Shown here: piece by piece, positions 31,048 to 46,860 of the stretch | How positions within the stretch are numbered: position 1 is the stretch's first letter | Layout: each line of letters opens with the position of its first letter | DNA from: an uncultured Akkermansia sp. | GTDB lineage: Bacteria > Verrucomicrobiota > Verrucomicrobiia > Methylacidiphilales > Verrucolacustridaceae | Assembly (NCBI GenBank): GCA_964635945.1 | Contig: CAZWQT010000002.1 | Span: 1,519 to 65,518 of the forward strand | DNA length: 64,000 nt | Direction: 5' to 3' | Notes under the pieces: generated by a model | Told to the model about the DNA's origin: nothing | The model's input: only the letters and a program-made list of their open reading frames with translations | Databases searched by the model: none | Position numbers and translations under genes: made by a program

Positions 31048-31623
31048 ATGACCATGAGCGAAACTGCCACCACTTTTGAGCCCGCCTGGTTTGCTGTCCA
31101 CGTGCTCTCCGGCCAGGAGACCAACGTGAAACGGCACATGATGAGCCGCCTCAAGGCCGAGGAGATGGGGGAGTATGTGCAGGAAGTGGTCATCCCGACG
31201 GAGCGTGTTTCTGAAATTAAGCGGGGAAAAAAGGTGGAGACCGAGCGGAAACTGTATCCCGGCTACATCTTCATGAAGATGGGCCTGTACGACGCGGAGA
31301 AAAAGTTGAACGAGCGTCCCTGGTATTTTGTAAAAGAGACCCCCGGGGTCCTCGGTTTCGCGGACGGCGATCGGCCCGCTCCCATGCGGCCCAGCGAGGT
31401 GGAGGGGATGCTGGCCCAGATTCGGGAAAAGGAGGAGAAGGTCACCCCCAAGGTCATTTTTTCAGTTGGCGACCGCGTCAAGGTCGGCGACGGGCCCTTC
31501 CAAAACCAGGAAGGCGTCATCGAGGAAGTGGACACCGAGCGCGGGCGCGTCCGTGTGGCGGTTTCCATTTTCGGCCGTTCCACCCCGGTCGAGCTCGAGT
31601 ACTGGCAGGTGGAGAAAACTTAA
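31048..31623 (+). CDS. nusG: Transcription factor NusG
   Basis: [30 protein letters not shown]. Confidence 0.98.
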   Translation: MTMSETATTFEPAWFAVHVLSGQETNVKRHMMSRLKAEEMGEYVQEVVIPTERVSEIKRGKKVETERKLYPGYIFMKMGLYDAEKKLNERPWYFVKETPGVLGFADGDRPAPMRPSEVEGMLAQIREKEEKVTPKVIFSVGDRVKVGDGPFQNQEGVIEEVDTERGRVRVAVSIFGRSTPVELEYWQVEKT

Positions 31624-31631
31624 GGAGCTTT

Positions 31632-32057
31632 ATGGCCAAGGAAGTCACCGGAATCATCCGTCTCCAGATCCCCGCCGGGGCGGCGAATCCCGCCCCGCCC
31701 GTGGGGCCAGCGCTTGGTCAGCAGGGCGTAAACATCATGGCCTTCTGCAAGGAATTCAACGCCCGGACCGCGAAGGAAGGCGGCAGCATCCTTCCGGTTG
31801 TCATCACGGTCTATAAGGACAAGAGCTTCACCTTTATTACCAAGTCCCCGCCGGCCTCGATTCTTCTCAAGAAGGCGGCGAATTTGGCTTCAGGCTCCAA
31901 GGAGCCCAACCGTGTGAAGGTCGGCAAGGTTTCCAAAAAACAGGTGATGGATATCGTTAAAATCAAGCGGAATGACCTAAATGCGGCTTCCGACGAAGCC
32001 GCCTTCCGGATCATCGCCGGGACGGCCCGCCAAATGGGTCTTGAAATTTCCGACTAA
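31632..32057 (+). CDS. rplK: 50S ribosomal protein L11
   Basis: [26 protein letters not shown]. Confidence 0.99.
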   Translation: MAKEVTGIIRLQIPAGAANPAPPVGPALGQQGVNIMAFCKEFNARTAKEGGSILPVVITVYKDKSFTFITKSPPASILLKKAANLASGSKEPNRVKVGKVSKKQVMDIVKIKRNDLNAASDEAAFRIIAGTARQMGLEISD

Positions 32058-32067
32058 GGAGCGCCCC

Positions 32068-32784
32068 ATGCCCAAACTTCCCAGTCGCCGTTACCGTGAA
32101 GGTTTTAAACTGATCGAGTCCAAGAAGCGGTACTCGGTCGGGGAAGCTGTTTCTCTTCTCAAGAAAATGCCAACTGGCAAGAGCAAGGGGAACCCCAGCG
32201 TGGATCTCGCTTTCAACCTCGGGGTGGATCCGAAGCAGACCGATCAGGTTGTGCGGGGCACCGTGAGCCTCCCGCACGGATCGGGCAAGACCGTCCGGGT
32301 GATCGTTTTCGCTCAAGGCCAAGCCGCCGAGGCGGCCAAGTCCGCCGGAGCCACGGCCGTTGGGTTCGCGGACCTGATTAAAAAGGTCACCGAGGGTTGG
32401 GCTGATTTTGATGTGGCGGTGGCCACCCCTGACGCGATGAATGAAGTGCGTAAGCTTGGAAAGGTTCTCGGACCGCGCGGACTGATGCCGAATCCAAAGA
32501 CTGGGACGGTGACGGAGGACACCGCCAAGGCGGTCAAGGAGTGTCAGGCTGGAAGGGTGGAGTTCAAGATCGACAAGGGCGCCAACCTGCACGTGAGTTG
32601 TGGAAAGCTGAATTTTGAGGAAAAGAAACTAGGGGAGAACGTCCAGGCCGTGATCGAGTCGGTCACCAAAGCCCGGCCGTCCGGTGCCAAGGGTAAGTTC
32701 ATTAAAAACTGTGTTCTGTCGGCGACTTTCTCTCCGGGCATTCCGCTCGCGGTGACCGAAGTGGCCGCGGGCAGCGAGGATTAA
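32068..32784 (+). CDS. rplA: 50S ribosomal protein L1
   Basis: LGVDPK, RGTVSLPHG, LGPRGLMPNPKTGT. Confidence 0.99.
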   Translation: MPKLPSRRYREGFKLIESKKRYSVGEAVSLLKKMPTGKSKGNPSVDLAFNLGVDPKQTDQVVRGTVSLPHGSGKTVRVIVFAQGQAAEAAKSAGATAVGFADLIKKVTEGWADFDVAVATPDAMNEVRKLGKVLGPRGLMPNPKTGTVTEDTAKAVKECQAGRVEFKIDKGANLHVSCGKLNFEEKKLGENVQAVIESVTKARPSGAKGKFIKNCVLSATFSPGIPLAVTEVAAGSED

Positions 32785-32797
32785 AAGGGAGGCGGCC

Positions 32798-33316
32798 ATG
32801 AAAGAAGAAAAGAATGTGATGATCGGCACCTTGAAGGATTGGGTGAAATCCTCACCTTACCTCATCGTGTTGGACTACACCGGGATGAAGGTCTCGGAAT
32901 TTTCGGAACTCCGCGGGCGTCTGCGCAAGGTGGGCGCCGCGGTCAAGGTGGTGAAGAACACCCTCTTCCGGCGCGCGCTGAACGAGGCCTCGCTTCCTTC
33001 CATGGATCAGGAACTGGCAGGGCAGACGGCGGTGGTCTCCGGCGGCGCCGATGCGCCGGCTGCCGCCAAGGTAATCAAGACGTTCAAGGCTGAGTTTACC
33101 CGTCCCAAACTCAGGGTGGGCGTGATGGATGGAAAGCTGCTCGGCACCTCGGAGCTAACCATGCTTGCCGATCTGCCCTCTGCGGAGGTTCTGCGCGCCC
33201 GCTTGCTCGGCGCCATTCAAGCTCCGGCGGCGACCCTGGTGCGTCTGATCCGGGAGCCCAGCGCCTGTGTGGCCCGGGTGATCCGCTCCAAGCCGGAGAC
33301 CCCTGCAACAGCCTGA
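32798..33316 (+). CDS. rplJ: 50S ribosomal protein L10
   Basis: DYTGM, VVKNTL, LADLPS; synteny. Confidence 0.97.
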   Translation: MKEEKNVMIGTLKDWVKSSPYLIVLDYTGMKVSEFSELRGRLRKVGAAVKVVKNTLFRRALNEASLPSMDQELAGQTAVVSGGADAPAAAKVIKTFKAEFTRPKLRVGVMDGKLLGTSELTMLADLPSAEVLRARLLGAIQAPAATLVRLIREPSACVARVIRSKPETPATA

Positions 33317-33470
33317 CTTTCATGAATCAAAACAAAGGCAAAATCCAAGAGTTAGCCCGGGAGCCTTTCCGGGATAATTCGGCCACGGGTGTGGCCGGCT
33401 AATTCAGGGACCAACAAGACATTGCCCCGAGGCTGTCTCAAGGAAGATGGCGGAGGGGAAGGAGAAAACC

Positions 33471-33860
33471 ATGGCGGTAAATCTGGATGAAGTCGTAACG
33501 ACGCTGAGCGGCCTGACCGTTCTCGAGGCGTCTGAGCTCGTGAAGAAACTTGAAGACAAGTGGGGCGTGAGTGCCGCGGCACCGGTCGCAGTCGCCGCCG
33601 CCCCCGCAGCCGGCGGTGCCGCTGGCGGTGCCGCAGCTGAAGAGAAGACCACTTTTGAGGTCGTTCTCAAGGATGCCGGCGCCAACAAAATCGGCGTGAT
33701 CAAGGAAGTTCGGGCGGTGGTGCCCGGCCTCGGTCTGGCCGATGCCAAGGCGCTGGTCGAGGGAGCTCCCAAGACCGTCAAGGAAGGTGCTACCAAGGAA
33801 GAGGCCGCCGAGATCAAGAAGAAGCTCGAGGCAGCCGGCGCCAAGGTGGAGGTCAAATAA
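33471..33860 (+). CDS. rplL: 50S ribosomal protein L7/L12
   Basis: [11 protein letters not shown], Ala-rich hinge, KIGVIKEVR; SD AAGGAG. Confidence 0.99.
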   Translation: MAVNLDEVVTTLSGLTVLEASELVKKLEDKWGVSAAAPVAVAAAPAAGGAAGGAAAEEKTTFEVVLKDAGANKIGVIKEVRAVVPGLGLADAKALVEGAPKTVKEGATKEEAAEIKKKLEAAGAKVEVK

Positions 33861-33907
33861 CCCTTTAAACCCAACCCCGGATGGCTGGGGCAGGAGAAAA
33901 GAGCAGC

Positions 33908-37738
<3,831 letters not shown>

Positions 37739-37763
37739 CCCCCAGACCCAGAAAAACCATCCC

Positions 37764-40700
37764 ATGAACAAACAGACCCAATCCGCCCGCGAAATTCTCG
37801 GCATGGAGCGCTCGGTCGGCTTCGACCAGGTGAGCATCACCGTCGCGTCGCCCGAAGCGATCCTTTCTTGGAGCCGCGGAGAGACCAAGAACCCCGAGAC
37901 CATCAATTACCGGACTTTTAAGCCGGAAAAAGGGGGGTTGTTCTGTGAGCGTATTTTTGGGCCGACGAAGGATTACGAGTGCTCCTGCGGAAAGTACAAG
38001 CGGATCAAGTTCAAAGGGGTGATTTGTGACCGTTGCGGCGTGGAAGTCACCCTCGCACGCGTTCGTCGCGAGCGTATGGGGCACATCGAGCTGGCCGTGC
38101 CGGTGAGCCACATCTGGTTTTATAAATGCATGCCGAGCCGCCTGGGACTCATGATGGACATGACGGCACGGGAATTGGAGCGGGTGATCTATTACGAGGA
38201 TTACCTCGTGATCGACGAAGGGAAGACCCCGCTTAAGCCGAAGCAGCTTTTGACCGAGACCGAGTACCGGGAGGCCCAGGACCAGTACGGCGACTCCTTT
38301 GTGGCCAAGATGGGGGCCGAGGCGATCCGGGATGTCTTCAAAAAAATCGATCTCGACGAACTCGCGGTCGAACTCGAGCAGCAACTGGAACAGACCCGCA
38401 GCAAGCAAACCCGCAAGAAGGTTGCCAAGCGCCTTAAGCTGGTGCAGGGGTTCATTCAGGCCGGAGCCCGGCCGGAGTGGATGGTTCTCGAGGTTCTTCC
38501 GGTCATTCCGCCTGATCTGCGTCCTTTGGTTCCCCTCGAAGGTGGCCGCTTCGCCACCTCCGACCTGAACGATTTGTACCGACGGGTGATCAACCGCAAT
38601 AATCGTCTCCGTAACCTGCTGCAGCTCAAGACGCCTGAAGTCATCATCCGTAATGAAAAGCGGATGTTGCAGGAGGCGGTGGACGCTTTGATGGACAACG
38701 GCCGTCACGGCCGGGCGGTCACGGGTGCGGGAAACCGTCCTCTCAAATCCCTCTCCGACATGTTGAAGGGGAAGACCGGACGTTTCCGGATGAACCTGCT
38801 TGGAAAGCGGGTCGATTACTCGGGGCGTTCCGTTATCGTGATCGGGCCGGAACTGAAGCTGAATGAGTGCGGTTTGCCCAAGAAGATGGCTTTGGTGCTT
38901 TTCGAGCCTTTCATCATCCGCCGGCTGAAGGAGCTCGGCCAGGTGCACACCGTCCGCAGCGCCAAGAAGATGATCGAGAAGAAGGAGGCGATTGTTTGGG
39001 ACACTCTCGACGAGGTGACCCGCGAGCATCCAGTGTTGCTCAACCGCGCGCCGACACTCCACCGTCTGTCGGTTCAGGCGTTCGAGCCCAAACTGATCGA
39101 GGGGGATGCCATCCGCATTCATCCTCTGGTCTGCACGGCCTACAATGCCGATTTTGACGGGGACCAGATGGCCGTGCACGTCCCGCTGAGCGTGGAAGCT
39201 CAGCTGGAAGCCCGGCTGCTTATGCTGGCCCCGAACAACATTTTTGGCCCCAGCAACGGGCGCCCCATCACCACGCCCAGCCAGGACATCACCTTGGGCT
39301 GTTATTATCTCACCCAAAATCCGGTTCGTTCCACGGAGAAGATCTCGGGCGATAAGAAGAAGCGCCTGAGCGCCTTTGAGAATGCGGATGAGGTCGATTT
39401 TGCAGTCAGCGAGGGAAGCATTAAAACCCACGACTTCATTCTCTTCAAAAATCCCAACTATGGTCACGAGACCGTCTTTGGGGATGCGACCAAGAAGTTT
39501 ATCGAAACAACTCCTGGTCGGGTCCGCTTCAACGGGATCTGGCCGACGGAAATCGGGTTCTTCAATAAGGCGGCCGGCAAGAAGCAGCTCGGGGAGATTA
39601 TCCTCCGGTGTTATGAAAAATGCGGGCACAGCAAAACCGTGGAGTGCCTGGACAAGCTTAAGGACCTCGGGTTTTCCTCCGCCACGCGGGCAGGGGTGTC
39701 GATCGGGATCGATGACATGATCATCCCGGAGGACAAGCCTCAGGTGATCGACCGGGCCCGTCAGGCGGTGACCCAGGTGGAGAAGCAGTACCGGATGGGT
39801 TCCATCACGGACGGCGAGCGTTATAATAAAATCGTCGATATTTGGACGCAGGCGACAGAGGAAATCTCGGCCGCGATGTACCGGACCCTGGAGCACAACC
39901 AGGGACGGAAAGACTTCAACCCCGTCTATCTCATGGTTGATTCCGGGGCCCGAGGAAACCGGAACCAGGTCCGTCAGCTCGCCGGCATGCGTGGCTTGAT
40001 GGCCAAACCCTCCGGCGAAATTATTGAGCGTCCGATTACCGCCAGCTTCCGTGAGGGGCTTTCGGTGTTGGAGTATTTTATTTCCACCCACGGCGCCCGC
40101 AAAGGACTGGCCGACACTGCGCTCAAGACCGCCGACTCGGGTTATATGACCCGCAAGCTTTGCGACGTGGCCATGGACATTATCATCCGGGAGCCTGACT
40201 GCGGAACGGAGCGGGGAATTTGGGTTAAAGCCATCCTGGAAGGGGATGACGAGATTGTCCGGCTGCGGGATCGAATCTACGGCAGGACCTCATGCGACGA
40301 CATCGTCGATCCCGTGAGCAAAAAGAAAGTGGTGGCAGCCGGCCAAATTATTGATGAAAAGGCTTCCATGGCCATTGAGGCTTTGGGCATGGAGCGGGTG
40401 AAAATCCGTTCCGCCCTAACCTGCGAGACCAAGAGAGGCGTGTGTGCCTCCTGTTACGGGCAAAATCTGGCAACCAACCAGCCCGCCAAGCTGGGCGAAG
40501 CGGTGGGCATCATCGCCGCTCAGTCCATCGGGGAGCCCGGCACGCAGTTGACCATGCGGACCTTCCACATCGGAGGAACCGCCTCCCAGGTCTTCAAGCA
40601 GCCGCAAATCAAGGCGAAGCACGAAGGCACCGTCCAGTATACCGATCTCCGCACGGTGAAGGCGCTTGAGGGGCATGACATTGTCCTGAACAAAAATGGA

Positions 40701-41936
40701 TTCATCAGCATCCATGCCGAAGACGGGCGTGAACTTGAGCGGTACCCAGTTGTAATCGGCTCCATGATTTCGGTCCCCGAAGGGGGTCGCGTCAAGAAGG
40801 GGCAGAGCTTCGTCCAATGGGATCCATACAACATCTCCATCCTGACCGAAAAAGCCGGTCGCGTGGAATTCAAGGACATCCTCGAGGGGGTGACCATGAA
40901 GCGTGAGACGGATGAAACCACCAAGCTGGTTGGGACCGTGATCATTGAGCACAAGGAAGATCTTCATCCCCAGATCGCCATTGTGGATGAAACAGGTGCC
41001 GTGGTTGCGGCTTACAGCATCCCGGCCGGGGCTCATATCGAAGTGAAGGATGGGGAAAAAGTTCGGGCCGGTCAGCGGATGGCGAAAACTCCCCGGAAAG
41101 TCACCAAGACCAAGGACATCACCGGAGGTCTACCCCGTGTGGCGGAATTGTTCGAAGCTCGCCGACCCAAGGATGCGGCCGAGATCGCTAAGATTGACGG
41201 CATTGTCGACCTGCAGGGCAACCTGCGTGGCAAGAAGAAGCTGGTCATTAAGGACGTTGAAACCGGTGCGGAAGAGGAGCATCTCATCCCGCTCTCGAAG
41301 CATCTGATCGTCTACAAGGGGGACACGGTGAAGAAGGGTCAGCAGCTCACCGAAGGTCCGGTCGTGCCCCACGAAATTCTTGAGGTTTGTGGACCCCAGG
41401 AACTGCAAGAGTACCTCGTGAACGAAGTTCAGGAGGTTTACCGGTTGCAGGGTGTGGAAATCAACGACAAGCATATCGAGATCATTGTTCGGCAGATGCT
41501 CCGCAAGGTGAAAATCACCGAACCCGGGGACACAACCTTCCTTTGGGGCGAGCAGATTGACCGGATGGCCTTTGAAGAGGAGAACAAGGAAATCGAGGCC
41601 AAGGGTGGCAAGCCGGCCGAGGCGACCCCGGTGCTTCTGGGGATCACCAAGGCCTCGCTCGAGACCGACAGTTTCATTTCTGCGGCCTCCTTCCAGGACA
41701 CAACCCGGGTCCTGACCGATGCGGCCACTTTGGGTAAAATCGATAAGCTGCAGGGCTTCAAGGAAAACGTGATTATGGGCCACCTGATCCCGGCCGGCAC
41801 TGGCTTCAGTGCTTACCGGAAGATCAAACTTCTTCACCTCGGGGAACCAGTGGGGGATCCCTTGGTGGTGACTGCGCCGGAAGAGGAGAGGTCCCGTAAG
41901 GTGGCCCTCGATATTCCCGCCGCCTTGGCCAGCTAG
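37764..41936 (+). CDS. rpoC: RNA polymerase beta' subunit
   Basis: NADFDGD catalytic motif, N-terminal zinc finger, TQLTMRTFH. Confidence 0.99.
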   Translation: MNKQTQSAREILGMERSVGFDQVSITVASPEAILSWSRGETKNPETINYRTFKPEKGGLFCERIFGPTKDYECSCGKYKRIKFKGVICDRCGVEVTLARVRRERMGHIELAVPVSHIWFYKCMPSRLGLMMDMTARELERVIYYEDYLVIDEGKTPLKPKQLLTETEYREAQDQYGDSFVAKMGAEAIRDVFKKIDLDELAVELEQQLEQTRSKQTRKKVAKRLKLVQGFIQAGARPEWMVLEVLPVIPPDLRPLVPLEGGRFATSDLNDLYRRVINRNNRLRNLLQLKTPEVIIRNEKRMLQEAVDALMDNGRHGRAVTGAGNRPLKSLSDMLKGKTGRFRMNLLGKRVDYSGRSVIVIGPELKLNECGLPKKMALVLFEPFIIRRLKELGQVHTVRSAKKMIEKKEAIVWDTLDEVTREHPVLLNRAPTLHRLSVQAFEPKLIEGDAIRIHPLVCTAYNADFDGDQMAVHVPLSVEAQLEARLLMLAPNNIFGPSNGRPITTPSQDITLGCYYLTQNPVRSTEKISGDKKKRLSAFENADEVDFAVSEGSIKTHDFILFKNPNYGHETVFGDATKKFIETTPGRVRFNGIWPTEIGFFNKAAGKKQLGEIILRCYEKCGHSKTVECLDKLKDLGFSSATRAGVSIGIDDMIIPEDKPQVIDRARQAVTQVEKQYRMGSITDGERYNKIVDIWTQATEEISAAMYRTLEHNQGRKDFNPVYLMVDSGARGNRNQVRQLAGMRGLMAKPSGEIIERPITASFREGLSVLEYFISTHGARKGLADTALKTADSGYMTRKLCDVAMDIIIREPDCGTERGIWVKAILEGDDEIVRLRDRIYGRTSCDDIVDPVSKKKVVAAGQIIDEKASMAIEALGMERVKIRSALTCETKRGVCASCYGQNLATNQPAKLGEAVGIIAAQSIGEPGTQLTMRTFHIGGTASQVFKQPQIKAKHEGTVQYTDLRTVKALEGHDIVLNKNGFISIHAEDGRELERYPVVIGSMISVPEGGRVKKGQSFVQWDPYNISILTEKAGRVEFKDILEGVTMKRETDETTKLVGTVIIEHKEDLHPQIAIVDETGAVVAAYSIPAGAHIEVKDGEKVRAGQRMAKTPRKVTKTKDITGGLPRVAELFEARRPKDAAEIAKIDGIVDLQGNLRGKKKLVIKDVETGAEEEHLIPLSKHLIVYKGDTVKKGQQLTEGPVVPHEILEVCGPQELQEYLVNEVQEVYRLQGVEINDKHIEIIVRQMLRKVKITEPGDTTFLWGEQIDRMAFEEENKEIEAKGGKPAEATPVLLGITKASLETDSFISAASFQDTTRVLTDAATLGKIDKLQGFKENVIMGHLIPAGTGFSAYRKIKLLHLGEPVGDPLVVTAPEEERSRKVALDIPAALAS

Positions 41937-41959
41937 TGTAAAAAACCCGCGGAAAACCC

Positions 41960-41988
41960 TTGTCATCAAGGGTATTTTCCGGCAGGAT
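41960..41988 (+). promoter_or_regulatory. Putative promoter of rpsL-rpsG-fusA-S10
   Basis: TTGTCA-17 bp-CAGGAT, overlapping an inverted repeat at 41951-41980. Confidence 0.55.
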
Positions 41989-41998
41989 TTCAGTTTCC

Positions 41999-42146
41999 GC
42001 TGTCATCCGACCGGAGTCCGAAAGGGAATAGCCGGTTCAGGTCAGTCGGCATGTGACGGTCCGAGGGGGTCGTCCTCCATGCGTGCGTTAAGCGCTTCAT
42101 GGAACCCGCAAAAGGGGAATGCCTGCTGTCTGGGGAAGTCTGCGGG
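41999..42146 (+). ncRNA. Candidate structured 5' leader of rpsL
   Basis: Several nested stems, a GAAA tetraloop, last stem covers the G-rich RBS. Confidence 0.45.
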
Positions 42147-42156
42147 GGAAAAACTG

Positions 42157-42600
42157 ATGCCGACAATCAACCAGTTGGTGCGATTTGGCCGGACCGCTCT
42201 CAAGCGCGGGACGAAGGCTCCTGCCTTACACGGTTGTCCTCAGCGCCGCGGCGTTTGTCTTCAGGTCATGACCCGGACGCCCAAAAAGCCCAATTCGGCA
42301 CTCCGAAAAGTGGCCAAAGTCCGCCTGACGAACGGGGAAGAGGTCATCGCTTATATCCCCGGAGAAAATCATAACCTTCAGGAGCACTCCATTGTCCTGG
42401 TCCGCGGCGGTCGCGTGAAGGATTTGCCCGGTGTCCGTTACCATATCGTCCGCGGCACTCTTGATGCCCTTGGGGCAGCCGGTCCCAGCAACACCAATAA
42501 ACTTTCCCGACTTGTCTCCCGCAGCAAATACGGGGTCAAACGTCCCAAGGGCGGCGGGGCTGCCAAGGCATCTGCTGATGCCAAGCCGGCCAAGGCGTAA
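42157..42600 (+). CDS. rpsL: 30S ribosomal protein S12
   Basis: [31 protein letters not shown]. Confidence 0.99.
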   Translation: MPTINQLVRFGRTALKRGTKAPALHGCPQRRGVCLQVMTRTPKKPNSALRKVAKVRLTNGEEVIAYIPGENHNLQEHSIVLVRGGRVKDLPGVRYHIVRGTLDALGAAGPSNTNKLSRLVSRSKYGVKRPKGGGAAKASADAKPAKA

Positions 42601-42611
42601 GGGGAGATTTT

Positions 42612-43085
42612 ATGGCACGCCGTCGACGTCACGAAGCTCGCCCGATCCACGCGGATCCTGTCTACGAGAGCCAACTGGTTGGACGAATGATCGGCTATGT
42701 GCTGCGGCGTGGGAAGCTCTCGACCGCCAGCCGTCTGGTTTACAATGCCATCAAGCGGGCCAATGAGGGCGGTTCCGGTGGAGATCCGCTGGCCGTGGTC
42801 AACAAGGCCGTCGACAATGTGAAGCCTCGTCTCGAGGTGAAGTCCCGCCGGGTCGGTGGGGCCACGTACCAAGTTCCGGTGGAAACCACTCCGGAGCGCC
42901 AACTTTCCCTCGCGCTTCGCTGGATAGTCGATCTCGCCAACAACCGCAAGGGTGTGGCCTTTGAAAGGGCCTTGGCTCAAGAAATCCGTGACGCCGCCGC
43001 CGGACAGGGGAACGCAGTGAAAAAGCGGGATGAAACCCACCGAATGGCGCAGGCCAACCGGGCCTTTGCCCATCTCCGCTGGTAA
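42612..43085 (+). CDS. rpsG: 30S ribosomal protein S7
   Basis: EVKSRRVGGATYQVP, MAQANRAFAH. Confidence 0.99.
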   Translation: MARRRRHEARPIHADPVYESQLVGRMIGYVLRRGKLSTASRLVYNAIKRANEGGSGGDPLAVVNKAVDNVKPRLEVKSRRVGGATYQVPVETTPERQLSLALRWIVDLANNRKGVAFERALAQEIRDAAAGQGNAVKKRDETHRMAQANRAFAHLRW

Positions 43086-43094
43086 AAGGAAAGT

Positions 43095-45242
43095 ATGCCT
43101 CCCGCCCCCAACGCTCCCGCCCGCCCTTACACGCTCGAGCGCACCCGCAATATCGGGATTTGCGCCCATATCGACGCAGGGAAGACCACGTTGACCGAGC
43201 GCATCCTTTTTTACACCGGAAGCATTCACAAGATCGGCGAGGTGCATGAAGGAACCACCGTCACAGATTGGATGGAGCAAGAGCGGGAACGCGGCATCAC
43301 GATCACCTCTGCGGCGACAACCTGTTTCTGGCCGGTGCGTGAAGAGGCCGGGCTGGTGAAGTCTTTCGAGAAAACCAAAAACCGCATCAATATCATCGAC
43401 ACTCCCGGACACGTGGATTTCACCGCAGAGGTGGAGCGGTCCCTCCGGGTGCTTGACGGGGCCATTGCGGTTTTCTGTGGCGTGGCCGGAGTGCAGCCCC
43501 AAAGCGAGACGGTCTGGCGCCAGGCCAACAAGTACGGCGTGCCACGCATTGCTTTCGTTAACAAGATGGATCGGACCGGGGCGGACTTTGAAAAGGCCGT
43601 CCACGAGATGCGCACCAAGCTGGGAGCCAACGCGGTGCCGATTCTCCTGCCGCTGGGCAAGGAGGATAAACTCCTCGGGCAGATCGACCTGATTAACCAA
43701 AAGGCCTTCCTTTACTCGGACAGTAAAAATCTGGGATCGACCTATGAGATTGCCGAGATTCCGGCCGATTTTAAGGAAGAGGCCAAGAAGGCACTCGATC
43801 GGCTTGTCGAAGCCGTTGCTGACGTGGACGAAGAGGTGGGGAACATGTTTCTGGAGGAGAAGCGGCCCACACCCAAGCAGTTGAAGGAAGCTATCCGCCG
43901 GGTGGTGATCGCCAACAAGCTGGTGCCCGTGGTGGGGGGGTCTGCCTTTAAAAACAAAGGCGTCCAAGGCTTGATCGATGCGGTCGTCGAATATCTGCCG
44001 AGCCCGATCGACATTCCTCCGGCGGTCGGCCATAGCACGGAAAATCCGGAAGAGAGGATCCCGGTGAAGGTTGATGATGGTGAGAAGTTCTGTTCCCTTG
44101 CTTTCAAACTTTGGACCGATCCGTATGTGGGCAAGCTGATCTTTTTCCGGGTCTACTCCGGCAAGCTCAGCAAAGGGGAGTTCATCTACAATTCCCGCAC
44201 CCGCAAGCGTGAGCGCGTGAGCCGTTTGGTGCAGATCCAGGCCGACAAGCGGGAAGACATCGATACCGTATTTGCCGGCGATATCGCCGCCACGGTGGGG
44301 CTCAAGGACATCGCCACCGGGGATACGCTATGCAATGAGGAATTTGAAATCACCCTGGAACCCCCAAGCTTCCCCGAACCCGTTATCTCCATGGCGGTGG
44401 AACCCAAAACCAAGGGAGACCGGGAAAAAATGGGCGAGGCTCTGCAGCGCCTCTCGGAAGAGGATCCGACCTTCATGGTGAAGACCAACGAGGAGACCGG
44501 TCAGACCATCATCAGCGGCATGGGTGAGCTTCACCTGGAAATTATCTGTGACCGGTTAAAACGTGAATTTAGCGTCGAGACCAACGCCGGGGCCCCGCAG
44601 ATCGCTTACCGGGAGACCATCACCAAGAGCTCGGGTGGGGAAGGCAAGTTGATCAAGCAGTCGGGCGGACGCGGGCAGTATGGCCACGTGATTCTGAAGG
44701 TCGCCCCGCAGGAGCGCGGGAAGGGAATCTCGGTGGAGAATAAGGTCACCGGCGGCAATATTCCGAAAGAATACATTCCGGCCGTAAAAAAGGGCGTGGA
44801 AGAGGCCCTCCTGAATGGCGTCATCCATGGGAGTCCCGTGATCGACATGAAAATCGAGATTATGGACGGCTCGTACCACGAGGTGGACTCCAACGAGTTG
44901 GCCTTCAAAATGGCCGCCATTTTTGCCGTCAAGGACGCCATGCAAAAGGCCGGTCCTATCCTGCTGGAGCCCATCATGGCGGTGGAGTGCTCCACTCCGG
45001 ACGAGTTCCAGGGCGACATTCTCGGGGACATTAATCGCCGGCGGGGAAAAATCATGAATGTCGACTCCAAAAGTTTGACCTCGATCGTGAAGGCAGAGGT
45101 TCCCTTGGCGGAAATGTTTGGCTATGTGAACACCATCCGCTCCCTGTCCCGCGGTCGTGCGGCTTATTCGATGGAGCCGTCCCATTTCGAGCAAGTGCCT
45201 TCCAGTGTGCTGGCCACAGTGACCCAGCAAAAGAAAGGATAA
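43095..45242 (+). CDS. fusA: Elongation factor G
   Basis: [34 protein letters not shown]. Confidence 0.99.
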   Translation: MPPAPNAPARPYTLERTRNIGICAHIDAGKTTLTERILFYTGSIHKIGEVHEGTTVTDWMEQERERGITITSAATTCFWPVREEAGLVKSFEKTKNRINIIDTPGHVDFTAEVERSLRVLDGAIAVFCGVAGVQPQSETVWRQANKYGVPRIAFVNKMDRTGADFEKAVHEMRTKLGANAVPILLPLGKEDKLLGQIDLINQKAFLYSDSKNLGSTYEIAEIPADFKEEAKKALDRLVEAVADVDEEVGNMFLEEKRPTPKQLKEAIRRVVIANKLVPVVGGSAFKNKGVQGLIDAVVEYLPSPIDIPPAVGHSTENPEERIPVKVDDGEKFCSLAFKLWTDPYVGKLIFFRVYSGKLSKGEFIYNSRTRKRERVSRLVQIQADKREDIDTVFAGDIAATVGLKDIATGDTLCNEEFEITLEPPSFPEPVISMAVEPKTKGDREKMGEALQRLSEEDPTFMVKTNEETGQTIISGMGELHLEIICDRLKREFSVETNAGAPQIAYRETITKSSGGEGKLIKQSGGRGQYGHVILKVAPQERGKGISVENKVTGGNIPKEYIPAVKKGVEEALLNGVIHGSPVIDMKIEIMDGSYHEVDSNELAFKMAAIFAVKDAMQKAGPILLEPIMAVECSTPDEFQGDILGDINRRRGKIMNVDSKSLTSIVKAEVPLAEMFGYVNTIRSLSRGRAAYSMEPSHFEQVPSSVLATVTQQKKG

Positions 45243-45245
45243 GTC

Positions 45246-45554
45246 ATGCCCGCGACCCGTATCCGTATCCGTCTCAAGTCCTTCGATTACCGCTTGCTCG
45301 ACAAGGCGGCAGGAGAGATTGCAGAGACAGCCAGCCGGACCGGATCGAGGGTGGCCGGACCCATTCCGCTGCCGACCAAAATTGAGCGGTATACGGTCAA
45401 TCGTTCACCTCATTGCGATAAAAAGAGCATGGAACAATTTGAAATCCGCACCCATAAGCGGCTGCTCGACATCCTCGAGCCCTCCGGAAAAACCGTGGAC
45501 GAACTAAAAAAGCTGAACCTACCTGCCGGGGTCGACATCACCATTAAGATTTAA
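45246..45554 (+). CDS. rpsJ: 30S ribosomal protein S10
   Basis: [26 protein letters not shown]. Confidence 0.99.
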   Translation: MPATRIRIRLKSFDYRLLDKAAGEIAETASRTGSRVAGPIPLPTKIERYTVNRSPHCDKKSMEQFEIRTHKRLLDILEPSGKTVDELKKLNLPAGVDITIKI

Positions 45555-45563
45555 GGAGAAACC

Positions 45564-46208
45564 ATGATCGAGCGTTTTGGCATGATCGGAAAGAAAGTGG
45601 GAATGACCCGGGTCTATGACGACCAAGGTCAGGCCACTGCCGTGACCGTTATCTCCGCCGAGACCAATACTGTCTACGAGGTGCGGACGAAGGAAAAGAA
45701 TGGAGTGCAGGCCGTTGTTCTTGGAACGGGCGAGCGAAAAGCCACGCGCACGAATAAGCCTCAGCGGGTGGCTTTTGAGAAGCAGGGGAGGAAGAATCCC
45801 TTGGCTCTTCGTCAATTCCGGGCCGCTCCGGCGGATCTCGCCGTGGGGGCGGAAATTTCCCTGACTCGCTTCAAGGCCGGACAACTGGTCGACGTTCTCG
45901 GCGTTTCCAAGGGTAAGGGCTTTCATGGCGTGATGCGGAAACATAATTACGCCGGTCAGGCGGATGCGCACGGATCGACCACCCATCGCCGGAATGGCGC
46001 CATTGGTTGCCGCTCCACTCCTGGGCGGGTCTATAAGAATGCGGGCATGCCGGGCACGTTCGGAGCTGACAACTGCACCGTGCAAAATTTAAAAGTCATC
46101 CAGGTTCGCGAAAACGATAAACTTCTGCTGATTCGGGGAGCGGTACCGGGACCGAATGGCAGTCTGGTCATTGTCCGTGATGCCATCAAAGCCGAGGTGA
46201 AGGCCTAA
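45564..46208 (+). CDS. rplC: 50S ribosomal protein L3
   Basis: GKKVGMT, SKGKGF, GAVPGPNG. Confidence 0.98.
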   Translation: MIERFGMIGKKVGMTRVYDDQGQATAVTVISAETNTVYEVRTKEKNGVQAVVLGTGERKATRTNKPQRVAFEKQGRKNPLALRQFRAAPADLAVGAEISLTRFKAGQLVDVLGVSKGKGFHGVMRKHNYAGQADAHGSTTHRRNGAIGCRSTPGRVYKNAGMPGTFGADNCTVQNLKVIQVRENDKLLLIRGAVPGPNGSLVIVRDAIKAEVKA

Positions 46209-46215
46209 AGTCCCG

Positions 46216-46860
46216 ATGAGCAAACCCAAGCCCATCAATCTGGCCGCAGCCGAAAAAGCCCTTGGGGTGGAGCTGTACAAAAACCGCAAAGCTAGCCAGG
46301 CCCTGCATGAGGCCGTCACGGCCTATCGCGCCGCCCGTCGTTCCGGCACCCATGCCACCCTGACCAAAGCAACGGTGGATCTTTCCGGCAAAAAGCCGTG
46401 GAGACAAAAGGGAACCGGTCGCGCTCGCGCCGGCTATAAATCCTCGCCGGTCTGGGTGGGGGGCGGGGTGGTGTTTGGACCGCATCCCCGCAGCTATCGC
46501 AAGAATTTGCCCAAGACCGTCTTAAAGACGGCCCTCCGGCGTGCCATCAGCGACCTGGCCACCAAAGGGACCCTGCACTCCGGCAGTATCCCCAGCCTTA
46601 AGGCGCCCAAAACCAAAGAGCTGATCGGTTGGATCAAGGATGCCGGCCTACCACTTTCCTGCCTGATCATTACCTCAAAGCAGCCTGAACCCAACCTTCT
46701 CAAGGCTGCCCAAAACCTGCGCGAGGTGGATTTGCGAACTGCCCGGGAAGTCAACGCCGAGGACCTTCTGCGACGCCGCCAGGTTTGGATTTCTGAGGAT
46801 GCCTGGAGCGAACTGGGTAAGCGGTTGCAAAACAAAGCCAAAGGGGAGGGTAAGTCATGA
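46216..46860 (+). CDS. rplD: 50S ribosomal protein L4
   Basis: KKPWRQKGTGRARAG, GGGVVFGP. Confidence 0.98.
   Translation: MSKPKPINLAAAEKALGVELYKNRKASQALHEAVTAYRAARRSGTHATLTKATVDLSGKKPWRQKGTGRARAGYKSSPVWVGGGVVFGPHPRSYRKNLPKTVLKTALRRAISDLATKGTLHSGSIPSLKAPKTKELIGWIKDAGLPLSCLIITSKQPEPNLLKAAQNLREVDLRTAREVNAEDLLRRRQVWISEDAWSELGKRLQNKAKGEGKS

Noticed and set aside
42009-42037. Resemblance of GGAGTCCGAAAGGGAATAGCC to the SRP RNA conserved helix
   Set aside because: Lacks the CAGG/AGCA symmetric internal loop of SRP RNA; treated as part of the rpsL leader.
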